24,000 bases of DNA from NCBI GenBank assembly GCA_002337055.1, contig DDFG01000004.1, forward strand, positions 795,088 through 819,087. The letters are read 5' to 3'. The notes below the pieces were generated by a model. It ran no database searches and was not told the DNA's origin. It saw only the letters and a program-made list of their open reading frames with translations. The DNA is from Betaproteobacteria bacterium UBA1934 (lineage in GTDB: Bacteria > Pseudomonadota > Gammaproteobacteria > Burkholderiales > Rhodocyclaceae). The stretch's first letter is position 1. The number at the start of each line of letters is the position of its first letter. Both the position numbers and the translations under genes were made by a program. Positions 1-10,815 of this stretch are shown here, one piece after another.

Positions 1-29
1 TGCCGTGAGCGACTACTTGCCCTCTTCAT
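1..29 (-). CDS. Probable 5' end of T2SS minor pseudopilin GspK (partial, runs off window)
   Basis: ATG at 29..27 overlaps the gspJ stop (ATGA at 29..26) and reads MKRASSRSR. Its position after gspJ fits the canonical gspG-H-I-J-K order. Only 9 codons are visible. Confidence 0.3.
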
Positions 30-655
30 TTGAGCACCATGGCGCCGAACGGCGTGTTCACCGGGGGTTCCAGCCATGGTTCGGCACGGATGGCGACCAT
101 CCATTCGAGGCGGTCGAATCCCGGCGTTCTGATCTGAATGAAGACGCGCCTCGGCAAGGTTTCCGGGTCGTTCCTGGCGGGCGGCCAGAGATCAAGCTCT
201 GATTTTTTGGTTCCGGCATAGCGGAAGCGGGATTCCCCCTCGGGAAAGCGGGCGATGATCACGGCTTCGGCGCGACTGCCTTCTTCCGAATAGGTGAGTA
301 TCACTCCCCCCTCGTCGCCCTTTTTCAGGTTCAGCGTCACTCGTCGCGGCGACAGCACTTTTTGCGGCCTGAGCGGCGCCGATGTATCGCAGCGAATTTC
401 ATTGGCGGTTCCCAAAAATTCCGACCCGCTCCCGCCGGCAGCCGGCAAGCATCCGCCCAGTATTTCGGAAAGCCAGGCCTTTGACCGGAGCTCGTTCTCC
501 CTGACATCGATCTCGTCGCGCAAGGCGTCTTCCACCCTAAACAGGTAATAGAGCGAGCCCATCAGGATCGATACCAGCATGCCCGTGATCACGAGCGCCA
601 CCAGGACTTCAACCAGGGTAAAGCCCCTCTGCGGGATACGCCGGTTATCGCACAT
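26..655 (-). CDS. gspJ: Type II secretion system minor pseudopilin, GspJ-like
   Basis: 209 aa. The N-terminus has the prepilin-peptidase/methylation motif QRGFTLVEVLVALVI followed by a hydrophobic helix. Length and position (fourth pseudopilin after gspG) fit GspJ. The start overlaps the gspI stop by 11 nt. Confidence 0.75.
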   Translation of the reverse strand: MCDNRRIPQRGFTLVEVLVALVITGMLVSILMGSLYYLFRVEDALRDEIDVRENELRSKAWLSEILGGCLPAAGGSGSEFLGTANEIRCDTSAPLRPQKVLSPRRVTLNLKKGDEGGVILTYSEEGSRAEAVIIARFPEGESRFRYAGTKKSELDLWPPARNDPETLPRRVFIQIRTPGFDRLEWMVAIRAEPWLEPPVNTPFGAMVLK

Positions 656-1091
656 TCGGCACCAACTGCGAACCGGAAATCGCCTTCCGATAGCCGATCA
701 TCGTCAATTTTTCACTAAACCAGGGGGTTTGTTCCTGCGTCCGATAAACGGTAATGGTCGTTTCATAAAGCGCAACTTCGTAGCGTCCCGTTCCCGCCGG
801 ATAGCCTGCCTGCGCGACGACCGGGCCTACTGGAGTCGCTTTCCAGGCAAACCGAACGTCGTCACGCTTGGCTTCGCCTTCAGGGGTTTCCATGGGATTG
901 ACGGCTCGCAGCCAGTCGAGAGCCCGCCGTCTCGCATCCTGTTCCTGATAATGCGCGCGAAGACGCTGGGCGGTGTCGAGATTTTGTTCAACCCAGGCGA
1001 GCAGGGTAAACCCCACACTTGAGAGCAGCACCAGGGCGACCAAGGCTTCCAGCAGGCCAAACCCCTTTTGGACGGCGAATTCAGGAGGCAA
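645..1091 (-). CDS. gspI: Type II secretion system minor pseudopilin, GspI-like
   Basis: Prepilin motif KGFGLLEALVALVLL. The tracked ORF runs up to 1184, but that 5' part overlaps gspH. A TTG at 1091 overlaps the gspH stop (TTGCCTCCTGA) and gives a normal short leader (MPPEFAVQKG|F). The start choice is inferred. Confidence 0.7.
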   Translation of the reverse strand: MPPEFAVQKGFGLLEALVALVLLSSVGFTLLAWVEQNLDTAQRLRAHYQEQDARRRALDWLRAVNPMETPEGEAKRDDVRFAWKATPVGPVVAQAGYPAGTGRYEVALYETTITVYRTQEQTPWFSEKLTMIGYRKAISGSQLVPNVR

Positions 1092-1527
1092 GCTCTTGCA
1101 GTTCACAGCTCGGCTCAATAACACGGTAACGCACGCCCATCTCGGGCTCAGCGTCAGGTACCAGCCAGAGCGTCGATGCACCACAAGCCCCCAGGCTGGA
1201 AACGATCAGCGGCGGAGAGAACTCGACGCGCCAACCCGGCGGGAGAGTGAGTGGCGGCAACCCATCGCCCAAATCCGCTGTGGCCAGCTCGGCAGGCAAC
1301 TCGACAGCCCGGGCAAGCAGCCTGGCGCGACGCGGAAGCTGCCTGAACTGATCGACGATGTCTTTTCGCTGCGACGCCATTTCATATCTATCGAGATTGG
1401 CGACAAATCGGGGCGCCGCCAGCCCGAACAGGAGGCTGACGATAAACAGAACGAACAAGGTCTCCAGCAGGGTGAAACCGCGCATTCCGATTCCCGTGCG
1501 GCTTTCAGGGCTTGGCGGTGCCGGCAC
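1081..1527 (-). CDS. gspH: Type II secretion system minor pseudopilin, GspH-like
   Basis: Prepilin motif MRGFTLLETLFVLFIV. Position between gspG and gspI. The ATG at 1527 overlaps the gspG 3' end by 23 nt; the internal ATG at 1485 (MRGFTLLE) is an alternative start. Confidence 0.65.
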   Translation of the reverse strand: MPAPPSPESRTGIGMRGFTLLETLFVLFIVSLLFGLAAPRFVANLDRYEMASQRKDIVDQFRQLPRRARLLARAVELPAELATADLGDGLPPLTLPPGWRVEFSPPLIVSSLGACGASTLWLVPDAEPEMGVRYRVIEPSCELQELAS

Positions 1528-2008
1528 CCGAGCCTTGCTGCCCTTCCGGAGGCACCCCTCCTATGCCGATATCCTGATCGGTACCGCTCCCTCCCGGCTT
1601 GCCGTCGCCCCCGAACGAGTATAGTTTGAACTGCTTGCCCGCACCTTCAGGCGGAGCATACTGATAGGGGTTTCCCCAGGGATCGAGCGGAACGGCGCCC
1701 TCGAGATAGGGGCCTTTCCAGCGCGGTGCAAGATTCGGGTCGGCGGGAGGCTCGGCCAGCAGTTTCAACCCCTGTTCGGCCGTCGGATACACGTTGATAT
1801 CCAGACGCATGGTTTCGATGGCCCCCCTCAGCAACTTGATTTGAGCCTCGGCGGTTTGCACCTTGGCCGAATCGACCTTGGAGAACAGGCGAGGTCCCAC
1901 CATACTGACCAGCAGCCCCACGATCACCAGCACCACCAGCATTTCCAGCAGCGTGAACCCCGCCTCACGCAACGACCACATCGATTTTTGTGCATTCCTG
2001 TCGATCAC
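1505..2008 (-). CDS. gspG: Type II secretion system major pseudopilin GspG
   Basis: Has GFTLLEMLVVLVIVGLL followed by hallmark GspG blocks (YPTAEQGL, PLDPWGNPYQY, FGGDGKPGG). A GTG at 2008 overlaps the gspF stop (GTGA). The ATG at 1981 (MWSLREAG|F) gives a canonical 8-aa leader and may be the true start. Confidence 0.9.
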   Translation of the reverse strand: MIDRNAQKSMWSLREAGFTLLEMLVVLVIVGLLVSMVGPRLFSKVDSAKVQTAEAQIKLLRGAIETMRLDINVYPTAEQGLKLLAEPPADPNLAPRWKGPYLEGAVPLDPWGNPYQYAPPEGAGKQFKLYSFGGDGKPGGSGTDQDIGIGGVPPEGQQGSGAGTAKP

Positions 2009-3258
2009 AATTTCACCTCTGTCAAACTTGTCATGGCGAGCACCACGCCAACCATGATTACGCCCAGAACCAGACCGATCACCAGAATGCTGACCGGCTC
2101 GATCAGGGACACCACCCTTCGCTGCATTTGTCGGTGCAAATCGGCGGTATAGCTCGAAATGTAACCCAACATCGACGCCAGCTCGCCAGATTTCTCCCCG
2201 ACCTTCAACATGCTGAGCGATGTCCCCTCAAGCATTCCTCGCTCCTCGATTGCTGAAGACAGTCGCTTCCCCTGCCTCACTTCGTCTTCGACGCTACGTA
2301 AACGCGAGGCGTTGTCGGGCAGGCGCACCGACGAGGCCGCCAGTTCCACCGACAGGAGGATCGGCACCCGACTTTTCACCAGCACTGCCAGAATCGAGGT
2401 CCAACGTGCGGTTTCAGCTCCTTCGAGCCAGGTGGAGAACAGAGGCATGCGTGACAAGGCGGTCAACATCAGCTCGTTGAACTTCGGGTTGCGCGCAAGT
2501 ACCACCCCGATCCCGCCCAGAGCCGCCGCCACCAGCACGACTGCGAGCCAGTGCGAATTTACGTAGACGCCTGTGCGGAGCACTATTTCGGACAGCAATG
2601 GCAGATCGACCGAACGACCTTTCAACAATCCGGCAAATCGCGGCACCACAAACGAGAAGATAAATGTGATCGCGGCGATACCCGTCAGGATGAGAATCAG
2701 CGGGTAAGTGAGCGCTTCGCGAGCTTCATTTCGCATGCGTTCTTCAAATTCGAGCTGATCGGCACATCGCGACAGCGCGCTGCCGATATCGCCGGTAGCT
2801 TCGCCGGCGCGGGCAAGGGCGTGAACGTATTCCGGAAGCTGCAACCCCGATTTGCGCAACGCTGCCGAAAATCCCTCCCCGCCATGCACGGCGGCGATCA
2901 GTTTGCTCAACGTCGCCTTGATCGCCTCGTGCGTCGTCGCTTCGTGCAAGGTTGCGAAAGTTTCGGCCAGTCCGACGCCTGACGACAGGAGCGTGGCGAG
3001 CTCGCGAATCAGCGCCAGCACATCGGTATGCTTGATCTTGCGATTGCCCGATCCCTTTTGCGTGACCGCAGAACGTATTTCCCTGAGATCAACCGGGCGA
3101 TATCCTTTTTCAAAAAGCTGACGCAACGCGTCATCTTCGGACGTGGCCGTCAGCTGCCCGTCACGGATAAAACCACCGCCATCCAGTGCCTTGTATGAGT
3201 ATTGCATCACCTGGTCGACATTCGTATCGGTGCGTGACCGCCTGCCAGAGGCCGCCAC
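2005..3258 (-). CDS. gspF: Type II secretion system inner-membrane platform protein GspF
   Basis: 417-aa ORF with two GspF-type repeats and hydrophobic segments. The N-terminus MQYSYKALDGGG resembles GspF/XcpS starts, so the ATG at 3207 is the more likely start than 3258. Confidence 0.9.
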   Translation of the reverse strand: MAASGRRSRTDTNVDQVMQYSYKALDGGGFIRDGQLTATSEDDALRQLFEKGYRPVDLREIRSAVTQKGSGNRKIKHTDVLALIRELATLLSSGVGLAETFATLHEATTHEAIKATLSKLIAAVHGGEGFSAALRKSGLQLPEYVHALARAGEATGDIGSALSRCADQLEFEERMRNEAREALTYPLILILTGIAAITFIFSFVVPRFAGLLKGRSVDLPLLSEIVLRTGVYVNSHWLAVVLVAAALGGIGVVLARNPKFNELMLTALSRMPLFSTWLEGAETARWTSILAVLVKSRVPILLSVELAASSVRLPDNASRLRSVEDEVRQGKRLSSAIEERGMLEGTSLSMLKVGEKSGELASMLGYISSYTADLHRQMQRRVVSLIEPVSILVIGLVLGVIMVGVVLAMTSLTEVKL

Positions 3259-3272
3259 GTCGTCTTACATGA

Positions 3273-3986
3273 CTATTTCGGCAAGCCGGCAAGTTCCTTG
3301 CGTAATGCTTGGACATTGCGCTCATGCTGATTGATTTTTTCCTTGTGAGGTTGCAGGCGCTCGATGATTTTTTGGTAGTTTTTCTCTTCCTGCGTCGCCT
3401 TCCCGCTTTGCACCTCGAACTCTTTCTTGGCCGCTTCAAGCTGTTTCTGTTCGGTCGCCAGCTCCTCTTCGAGGATACGCCGACGATCAACGTCTCGCGC
3501 ACGCTGAGCGTCTTCCGTCACTTTTGGAAACCCGCCCGGCCCGGCAGACGCACTGGTCGGGGATGCACCCGGCTTAACCGCAACGGTGGCCACCTGCGGA
3601 CCGAGCACCGTTGCTTTGCACGCCTTGTTCAGACGAGTATTGGTATAAACCTCTTGCCCTTCATGCCGACAGAAAAAAACCGTGTTGGACAGCGGCTTTT
3701 CGGCGGCCTTCTCGCGTCTCTCGGCACTCGGCTTCTCTTGTGCCCAAGCAGCCGTCTGAAATTGGATGGCGCCTCCCACGAACGCCGACATCACGACGAC
3801 CTTAAGCGCAAACGCGCATCTCTCCCCACCGAACAACGTGTTAGCGTTCGTTTGCCGGTTCGGACGAGCCATGATTGCCCGCCAGCGTGCCATTTCTGTC
3901 AATCCCATCCGTTTCCTCTGCGCGCCTGACGCGAAGTGCCGTTTCCGCCGCATTTTAGCCGATTCAAAATCCCTCTCCGTTCCCAA
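3273..3986 (-). CDS. Secreted DUF4124-like protein with C-terminal coiled coil
   Basis: Signal-peptide-like [23 protein letters not shown]|QE. The [21 protein letters not shown] block matches the DUF4124 pattern (aromatic-x-C-x-D/E-x-G-x3-Y-S/T-x-C). The C-terminus is charged and heptad-like ([19 protein letters not shown]). The ORF start at 3986 overlaps rluF. Internal ATGs at 3953, 3908, 3893 or 3872 are more plausible starts. Confidence 0.5.
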   Translation of the reverse strand: MGTERDFESAKMRRKRHFASGAQRKRMGLTEMARWRAIMARPNRQTNANTLFGGERCAFALKVVVMSAFVGGAIQFQTAAWAQEKPSAERREKAAEKPLSNTVFFCRHEGQEVYTNTRLNKACKATVLGPQVATVAVKPGASPTSASAGPGGFPKVTEDAQRARDVDRRRILEEELATEQKQLEAAKKEFEVQSGKATQEEKNYQKIIERLQPHKEKINQHERNVQALRKELAGLPK

Positions 3987-4695
3987 GCAGGCGCCAGCGC
4001 CCGAGCGGCATGTCGCCGAGACGAACGCGACCGATCCTGACCCGTTTCAACCCCACCACAGTCAGGCCGACCAGTTCGCACATGCGCCGTATCTGGCGCT
4101 TTCGCCCTTCTTTCAGAACGAAGCGCAACTGATCGTCGTTCAGCCATTCAACTCTCGCAGGGCGCAGTTTCTTGCCGTCGAGCGAAAGACCGTGGTTCAG
4201 CAGTCCGAGGCCGTTTTCGAGCAGTTTGCCGCGTACCCGCACCAGATATTCCTTCTCGACTTCGCTGTCGTCGCCAATCAACTGTTTGGCGACGCGGCCA
4301 TCCTGCGTCAGCACCAACAACCCGGTTGAATCGACATCGAGCCGACCGGCCGGCGCCAAGCCCCTCAGCATGGCCGGACGAAACACATCGTCGCCCGGCC
4401 CGCGCTGCTGATTGTCGGCAGAGATCAAGGCCACAGCCGGCGTGCAGCCCGGCTCCGGCTGGCCAGAAACATATCCAACCGGCTTGTGCAACAAGATGGT
4501 GACCTGTCGTGCCTGGCTTTTTTGCGCTTCCCGGGCCAGCGTGATTTTCGCCGCAGGATCGACGCGCGTGCCGAGTTCGCTGATGCGCTCACCATCGACG
4601 AACACCCAGCCCTTTTCGATCCAGACATCCGCCTCGCGCCTTGAGCACAGGCCGCGCTCGGACATCAGTTTGGAGAGGCGGACACCTTCGCTCAT
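3964..4695 (-). CDS. rluF: Pseudouridine synthase, RluF/RsuA family (S4 domain plus catalytic domain)
   Basis: N-terminal S4 motif ([18 protein letters not shown]). Catalytic [11 protein letters not shown] with Asp. EKEYLVRV and KRQIRRMCE blocks resemble E. coli RluF. The start overlaps the FKBP stop (ATGA at 4695..4692). Confidence 0.8.
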   Translation of the reverse strand: MSEGVRLSKLMSERGLCSRREADVWIEKGWVFVDGERISELGTRVDPAAKITLAREAQKSQARQVTILLHKPVGYVSGQPEPGCTPAVALISADNQQRGPGDDVFRPAMLRGLAPAGRLDVDSTGLLVLTQDGRVAKQLIGDDSEVEKEYLVRVRGKLLENGLGLLNHGLSLDGKKLRPARVEWLNDDQLRFVLKEGRKRQIRRMCELVGLTVVGLKRVRIGRVRLGDMPLGRWRLLGNGEGF

Positions 4696-5036
4696 TGCAC
4701 CTCGAGCAGCTCGACTTCGAACACCAGCGTGGCGTTTGGCGGAATCACGCCGCCGGCTCCCTGGCGTCCGTAACCCAACTCAGGCGGAATGGTCAGCTTG
4801 CGCTTGCCACCCACCTTCATGCCCTGCACGCCTTCGTCCCACCCCTGGATCACCTGATAGACACCCAGCGTGAACGAGAACGGGCTATGCCGATCGTGAC
4901 TGGAGTCGAACTTCTGCCCATCCGTCAGCCAGCCAGTGTAGTGAACGGTGACTTCGTTGCGTACGCCGGCTTCGGCGCCCTCGCCCAAGACAAGGTCTTC
5001 GACGACCAGGCCACTGGCCGATGTGCGTGCATTCAT
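4692..5036 (-). CDS. FKBP-type peptidyl-prolyl cis-trans isomerase
   Basis: FKBP signature blocks: [55 protein letters not shown]. The ATG at 5036 is preceded by GAGGAGAA; the tracked ORF start at 5072 is less likely. Confidence 0.85.
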   Translation of the reverse strand: MNARTSASGLVVEDLVLGEGAEAGVRNEVTVHYTGWLTDGQKFDSSHDRHSPFSFTLGVYQVIQGWDEGVQGMKVGGKRKLTIPPELGYGRQGAGGVIPPNATLVFEVELLEVQ

Positions 5037-5087
5037 GGCGTTCTCCTCAACGAAAGGGTGGCAGTCTAACATAAACTACTCAACCCT

Positions 5088-5115
5088 TTGACTTGTTTGA
5101 ATTTGTGCGTATAAT
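5088..5115 (+). promoter_or_regulatory. Sigma70-type promoter of the rplU-rpmA operon
   Basis: TTGACT (5088..5093), 16-nt spacer, TATAAT (5110..5115), then a GC-rich discriminator GCGCGG. It lies about 37 nt upstream of the rplU ATG, which has a GGAG Shine-Dalgarno. Confidence 0.6.
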
Positions 5116-5151
5116 GCGCGGTTCTTCACAGTAGCAATTTCGGAGTCCAAC

Positions 5152-5463
5152 ATGTATGCGGTCGTAAAAACCGGTGGCAAGCAGTATCGCGTGTCCGCTG
5201 GCCAAAAACTTAAAGTAGAACAGATACCGGCAGAAGTTGGCGCAGAAATCACCCTCGATCAGGTCCTCATGGTAGGCGAAGGCGAGACGGTGAAAGTCGG
5301 CGCCCCGCTCGTCGCCGGTGCAAGCGTCAAGTGCACCGTGGTTGCCCAGGGCCGTCACGACAAGGTCAAGATTTTCAAGATGCGCCGCCGTAAGCATTAC
5401 CAGAAGCACCAGGGGCATCGTCAGAATTACACCGAACTGCGCATCGACGTGATCGCGGCGTAA
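5152..5463 (+). CDS. rplU: 50S ribosomal protein L21
   Basis: [14 protein letters not shown] start. 103 aa. Canonical position upstream of rpmA. Confidence 0.97.
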   Translation: MYAVVKTGGKQYRVSAGQKLKVEQIPAEVGAEITLDQVLMVGEGETVKVGAPLVAGASVKCTVVAQGRHDKVKIFKMRRRKHYQKHQGHRQNYTELRIDVIAA

Positions 5464-5482
5464 TCGGGAGAAGGAGTAAACC

Positions 5483-5746
5483 ATGGCACACAAAAAGGCA
5501 GGCGGCAGTTCCCGTAACGGCCGCGACTCAGAATCCCAAAGACTAGGCGTCAAGCGCTACGGTGGTCAGTTCGTTCTCGCCGGCAACATTCTGGTTCGCC
5601 AGCGCGGCACTGAATTCCACCCGGGCGAAAACGTCGGTTGCGGCAAGGATCACACCCTGTTCGCGCTGAAGGACGGTACCGTCCAGTTCGCCATCAAGGG
5701 CGCCAAGAACCGTCGCACGGTCAGCATCGTCCCCGCCGCCGAATAA
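5483..5746 (+). CDS. rpmA: 50S ribosomal protein L27
   Basis: [16 protein letters not shown] start. 87 aa. Confidence 0.97.
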   Translation: MAHKKAGGSSRNGRDSESQRLGVKRYGGQFVLAGNILVRQRGTEFHPGENVGCGKDHTLFALKDGTVQFAIKGAKNRRTVSIVPAAE

Positions 5747-5763
5747 CTTCCGGCGCAGGACAG

Positions 5764-5797
5764 AAAGCCCTATCCCTGCGATAGGGCTTTTTCGTTT
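5764..5797 (+). terminator. Rho-independent terminator/attenuator after rpmA
   Basis: 11-bp perfect stem AAAGCCCTATC / GATAGGGCTTT (5764..5774 and 5780..5790) with loop CCTGC, followed by a T-rich tail TTCGTTT. It lies between rpmA and obgE, so it probably gives partial termination. Confidence 0.7.
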
Positions 5798-5801
5798 ATA
5801 G

Positions 5802-8014
<2,213 letters not shown>

Positions 8015-8036
8015 CAATCTTTCGCATCGGCAATAG

Positions 8037-8061
8037 AAAAGCCGCCCGAGGGCGGCTTTTT
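8037..8061. terminator. Bidirectional rho-independent terminator shared by proB (+) and porin 1 (-)
   Basis: AAAAGCCGCCCGAGGGCGGCTTTTT: a GC stem GCCGCC/GGCGGC flanked by an A-run on one side and a T-run on the other. It sits between convergent gene ends at 8014 and 8080. Confidence 0.75.
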
Positions 8062-8079
8062 GGTGGGTGGATTATCCGC

Positions 8080-9336
8080 TTAGAAGCTGTGCTTCAGGTT
8101 GAACTGGATGGACGAGGCTTTTTCGCCTGCCACCAGCAGTGAGCCGCCACCGGTCGTCCCGGCACCATTAATCTGGTAGGTACCGTTCGGGTCGTTGTTG
8201 ATAACGGTGTAGCTCACGCCAAACGCCGTACGCTTGGAAAGCGCATAATCGTAGGCCAGGTTGTAGAACTTTGCCCCACTACCACCGGCCTTGGCACCCT
8301 TGAAATTGCTGAGATCGTCAGCCACGGCATACTTCGCGTAGATCGCGTGGGCGCCGAAGGTGTAGCTGATTGGCAGCATCCAGGCCGAGCGCGAGACTGC
8401 GCCATTGGCCAGTACCGTACCACCACCGGCCGCTGCGCTTGCAGGCGATCCGATCAATTGTCCGGCGCGCACGTTGTCAAGACGCGACTTGTCGTACATC
8501 AGGCCGATCTTCAGGCCAAACGGCAGCATATAGGAACCCGACACTCGCCACGCCTTCTGATCGGCCTGAGCAGTTGTCACGTAACCCGTATTCGGCGTAG
8601 CCACCAAATCACCCGGCTTGCCTTCGGTGGTAACACGCCAGTAAGCGGCGTTCAGGAAAAGCGGGCCGTTGGCGTATTCGCCAGCCAACGTCCAGGCATT
8701 GCCCTTGGAATAGGCGTTATTTACCGGAGTCGTGCCGGCAGCGGGAATCTTGCCCTCATCGACGTTATAGTTTGGCGAATACACCACCGTCGCCTTAAAT
8801 CCGCCCATAATCGGGGAAATGTAACGGATGTTGTTATCGTTACGGCTCAGGCGGTTGATCGTTTGGCCGCCCATGACGCCCATGATGGCTTTGTTGGCTT
8901 GATGAGCGCTCACACTGGTGCGGTCGGCTTCGATACCAGCGCCCTGAATGTAGTACGTTTCCAGGCGGCCCAGATCAAGCGTGCCCATGGACTTGGAACC
9001 CAGACCGACAAAGGTATTGCCGGCGGCCAGACCAAAAGTGGAGGCCGCAGAGCCATTGTCACCGCCAAAGCGGCTTTCCAGGTAAAAGTGGGCATCCAGG
9101 CCATCCCCTAGATCTTCCTTGCCAGTAAACCATATGCGGGAGTTGGCGTCGTCATCGACGCGGAATTCGTTGGTCGCGTTCTGGGCCAGGCCACGGGCCG
9201 CTGAATTGAGATCGCTCAGTTTGTAGTTCTTCACCTGGATGGCCATGTAGCCGCCAATGGTGACATTCGACTGAGCCATCGCCGGAACCGCAGCAACAGC
9301 GCCAAGAACAGCTAGCGCAATCAGTTTCTTCTTCAA
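8080..9336 (-). CDS. Outer-membrane general porin (Gram-negative porin family), paralogue 1
   Basis: Signal peptide KKKLIALAVLGAVAAVPAMA|QS. Alternating beta-strand pattern. C-terminal FNLKHSF with terminal Phe. Inferred TTG start at 9336, 6 nt after a perfect AAGGAG, parallel to the ATG start MQKKLIALAV of paralogue 2. The tracked ORF starts at another TTG at 9357. Confidence 0.85.
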   Translation of the reverse strand: MKKKLIALAVLGAVAAVPAMAQSNVTIGGYMAIQVKNYKLSDLNSAARGLAQNATNEFRVDDDANSRIWFTGKEDLGDGLDAHFYLESRFGGDNGSAASTFGLAAGNTFVGLGSKSMGTLDLGRLETYYIQGAGIEADRTSVSAHQANKAIMGVMGGQTINRLSRNDNNIRYISPIMGGFKATVVYSPNYNVDEGKIPAAGTTPVNNAYSKGNAWTLAGEYANGPLFLNAAYWRVTTEGKPGDLVATPNTGYVTTAQADQKAWRVSGSYMLPFGLKIGLMYDKSRLDNVRAGQLIGSPASAAAGGGTVLANGAVSRSAWMLPISYTFGAHAIYAKYAVADDLSNFKGAKAGGSGAKFYNLAYDYALSKRTAFGVSYTVINNDPNGTYQINGAGTTGGGSLLVAGEKASSIQFNLKHSF

Positions 9337-9494
9337 GATCCACTCCTTGAAAGTCAAAATAGGAAAGTAGGGTCAATGGGGTCAAACACAAGGTGGCTCA
9401 TCATAACCCGCCAATACGACACGATTGTTGCAGATTCGTGTCGTCGATATACACTTCCCCAACTTGAAAATAGTCCCGCTTCGCCATGCAGGCA

Positions 9495-9523
9495 CAAAAA
9501 AACGCCACGGCATGCCGTGGCGT
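9495..9523 (-). terminator. Rho-independent terminator of porin paralogue 2
   Basis: Perfect 22-nt palindrome ACGCCACGGCATGCCGTGGCGT (9502..9523), followed on the minus strand by a T-run of 7. It lies 53 nt after the porin 2 stop. Confidence 0.75.
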
Positions 9524-9576
9524 CTTGATTGCGTTTGCTGAGCCGGATCTCTTCCGGCCAGCAATTTGCGAACCGA

Positions 9577-10815
9577 TTAGAAGCGGTGCGTCAGGTTGGC
9601 TTGCAGAACGGTAGCCTTTTCGCCAGCAACCAGTTGCGAACCGGTGTGGGTCGAACCGGCAGCAAACGGTTGGTACGTGCCGTTGCTGTCGTTGTCGGTC
9701 ACGGCATAGCTCACACCGATGGCAGTGCGCTTGGAGAGCGCGTGGTCGTAACCCAGAACCAGGAAACGTGCGCCGGTATCGGTGCGCGACCAGTTCTTGA
9801 TGTTGCCAGCTTGGCCATACTTCGCAAAAACGGTGTTGTTGCCAAATGCATAGCTGACCGGGATGAACCAAGCATTGCGGCTGACTTTACCGTTATTCAG
9901 GACATGACCGCCAGCAGCGGCATCGGTGTTCGGAATCGTCGCAAAGACGGTCGGCATGCGGGTGCCGGCCAGAACATTCTTGACAGAACCATGGTCATAC
10001 GACGCACCGATCTTCAGACCGAACGGCAGCGTGTAGGAACCGGACAGACGATAGCTTTCCTGATCGGCCAGCAGCATGTTGGCAACCGGGGCAAGCTGAC
10101 CCGGACGACCTTCAATGTTGGCCTTCCAATAGGCGGCGTTCAAGTAGATCGGGCCGTTCATGTAGTCAGCGGACAGGGTCCAGGCATCGCCCTTGCTATA
10201 GCTGTTGTTGACGGCAGCGCCCGGGGTCGGGATTTTGCCTTCGTCAGGGGCGAAGTTCGGGCTATAGACGATCTTGCCTTGGAAACCAGCCACACGCGGG
10301 GTGATGTAGCGGATGTTGTTGCTGTTGCGCGAGAAATTGTTGAACACCATCGTACCCATCGTGCTCAGTTCGGTCAGGGACAGCTGGTTGTTACCAGACA
10401 GGGACTTGTCCAGTTCAATCAAGACACCTTGCGTGTAGTAGGTCGTCACGCGACCGAAGTCAAACGTGCCGTAAGGAGCGGTGATACCGACGAAAGTGTC
10501 GCCAGCAGCCAGACCAAAGGTCGTGGCGGACGGGCCGTTGTCGGCGCCGAAACGGCTTTCAATGTAGAAGTGGGCATCCATGCCACCGCCGAGGTCTTCC
10601 TTGCCGGTGAACCAAAAGCGGGAATTGGAGTCGTCATCAACGCGGAATTCGTTCTTGAAAACTTGCGCGGTGCCACGAGCAGCGGTATTGAGGTCAGAAC
10701 CCTTGTAGTTCTTGACGCCGATAGTCATCCAGCCGCCGATGGTCACGCTGGACTGAGCGTACACGGAGCCAGCGGCCAGGGAGGCCACGGCGAGAGCGAT
10801 CAGTTTCTTTTGCAT
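9577..10815 (-). CDS. Outer-membrane general porin (Gram-negative porin family), paralogue 2
   Basis: ATG at 10815 is preceded by AAGGAG. Signal peptide MQKKLIALAVASLAAGSVYA|QS. Collinear with paralogue 1. C-terminal ANLTHRF. Confidence 0.85.
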   Translation of the reverse strand: MQKKLIALAVASLAAGSVYAQSSVTIGGWMTIGVKNYKGSDLNTAARGTAQVFKNEFRVDDDSNSRFWFTGKEDLGGGMDAHFYIESRFGADNGPSATTFGLAAGDTFVGITAPYGTFDFGRVTTYYTQGVLIELDKSLSGNNQLSLTELSTMGTMVFNNFSRNSNNIRYITPRVAGFQGKIVYSPNFAPDEGKIPTPGAAVNNSYSKGDAWTLSADYMNGPIYLNAAYWKANIEGRPGQLAPVANMLLADQESYRLSGSYTLPFGLKIGASYDHGSVKNVLAGTRMPTVFATIPNTDAAAGGHVLNNGKVSRNAWFIPVSYAFGNNTVFAKYGQAGNIKNWSRTDTGARFLVLGYDHALSKRTAIGVSYAVTDNDSNGTYQPFAAGSTHTGSQLVAGEKATVLQANLTHRF

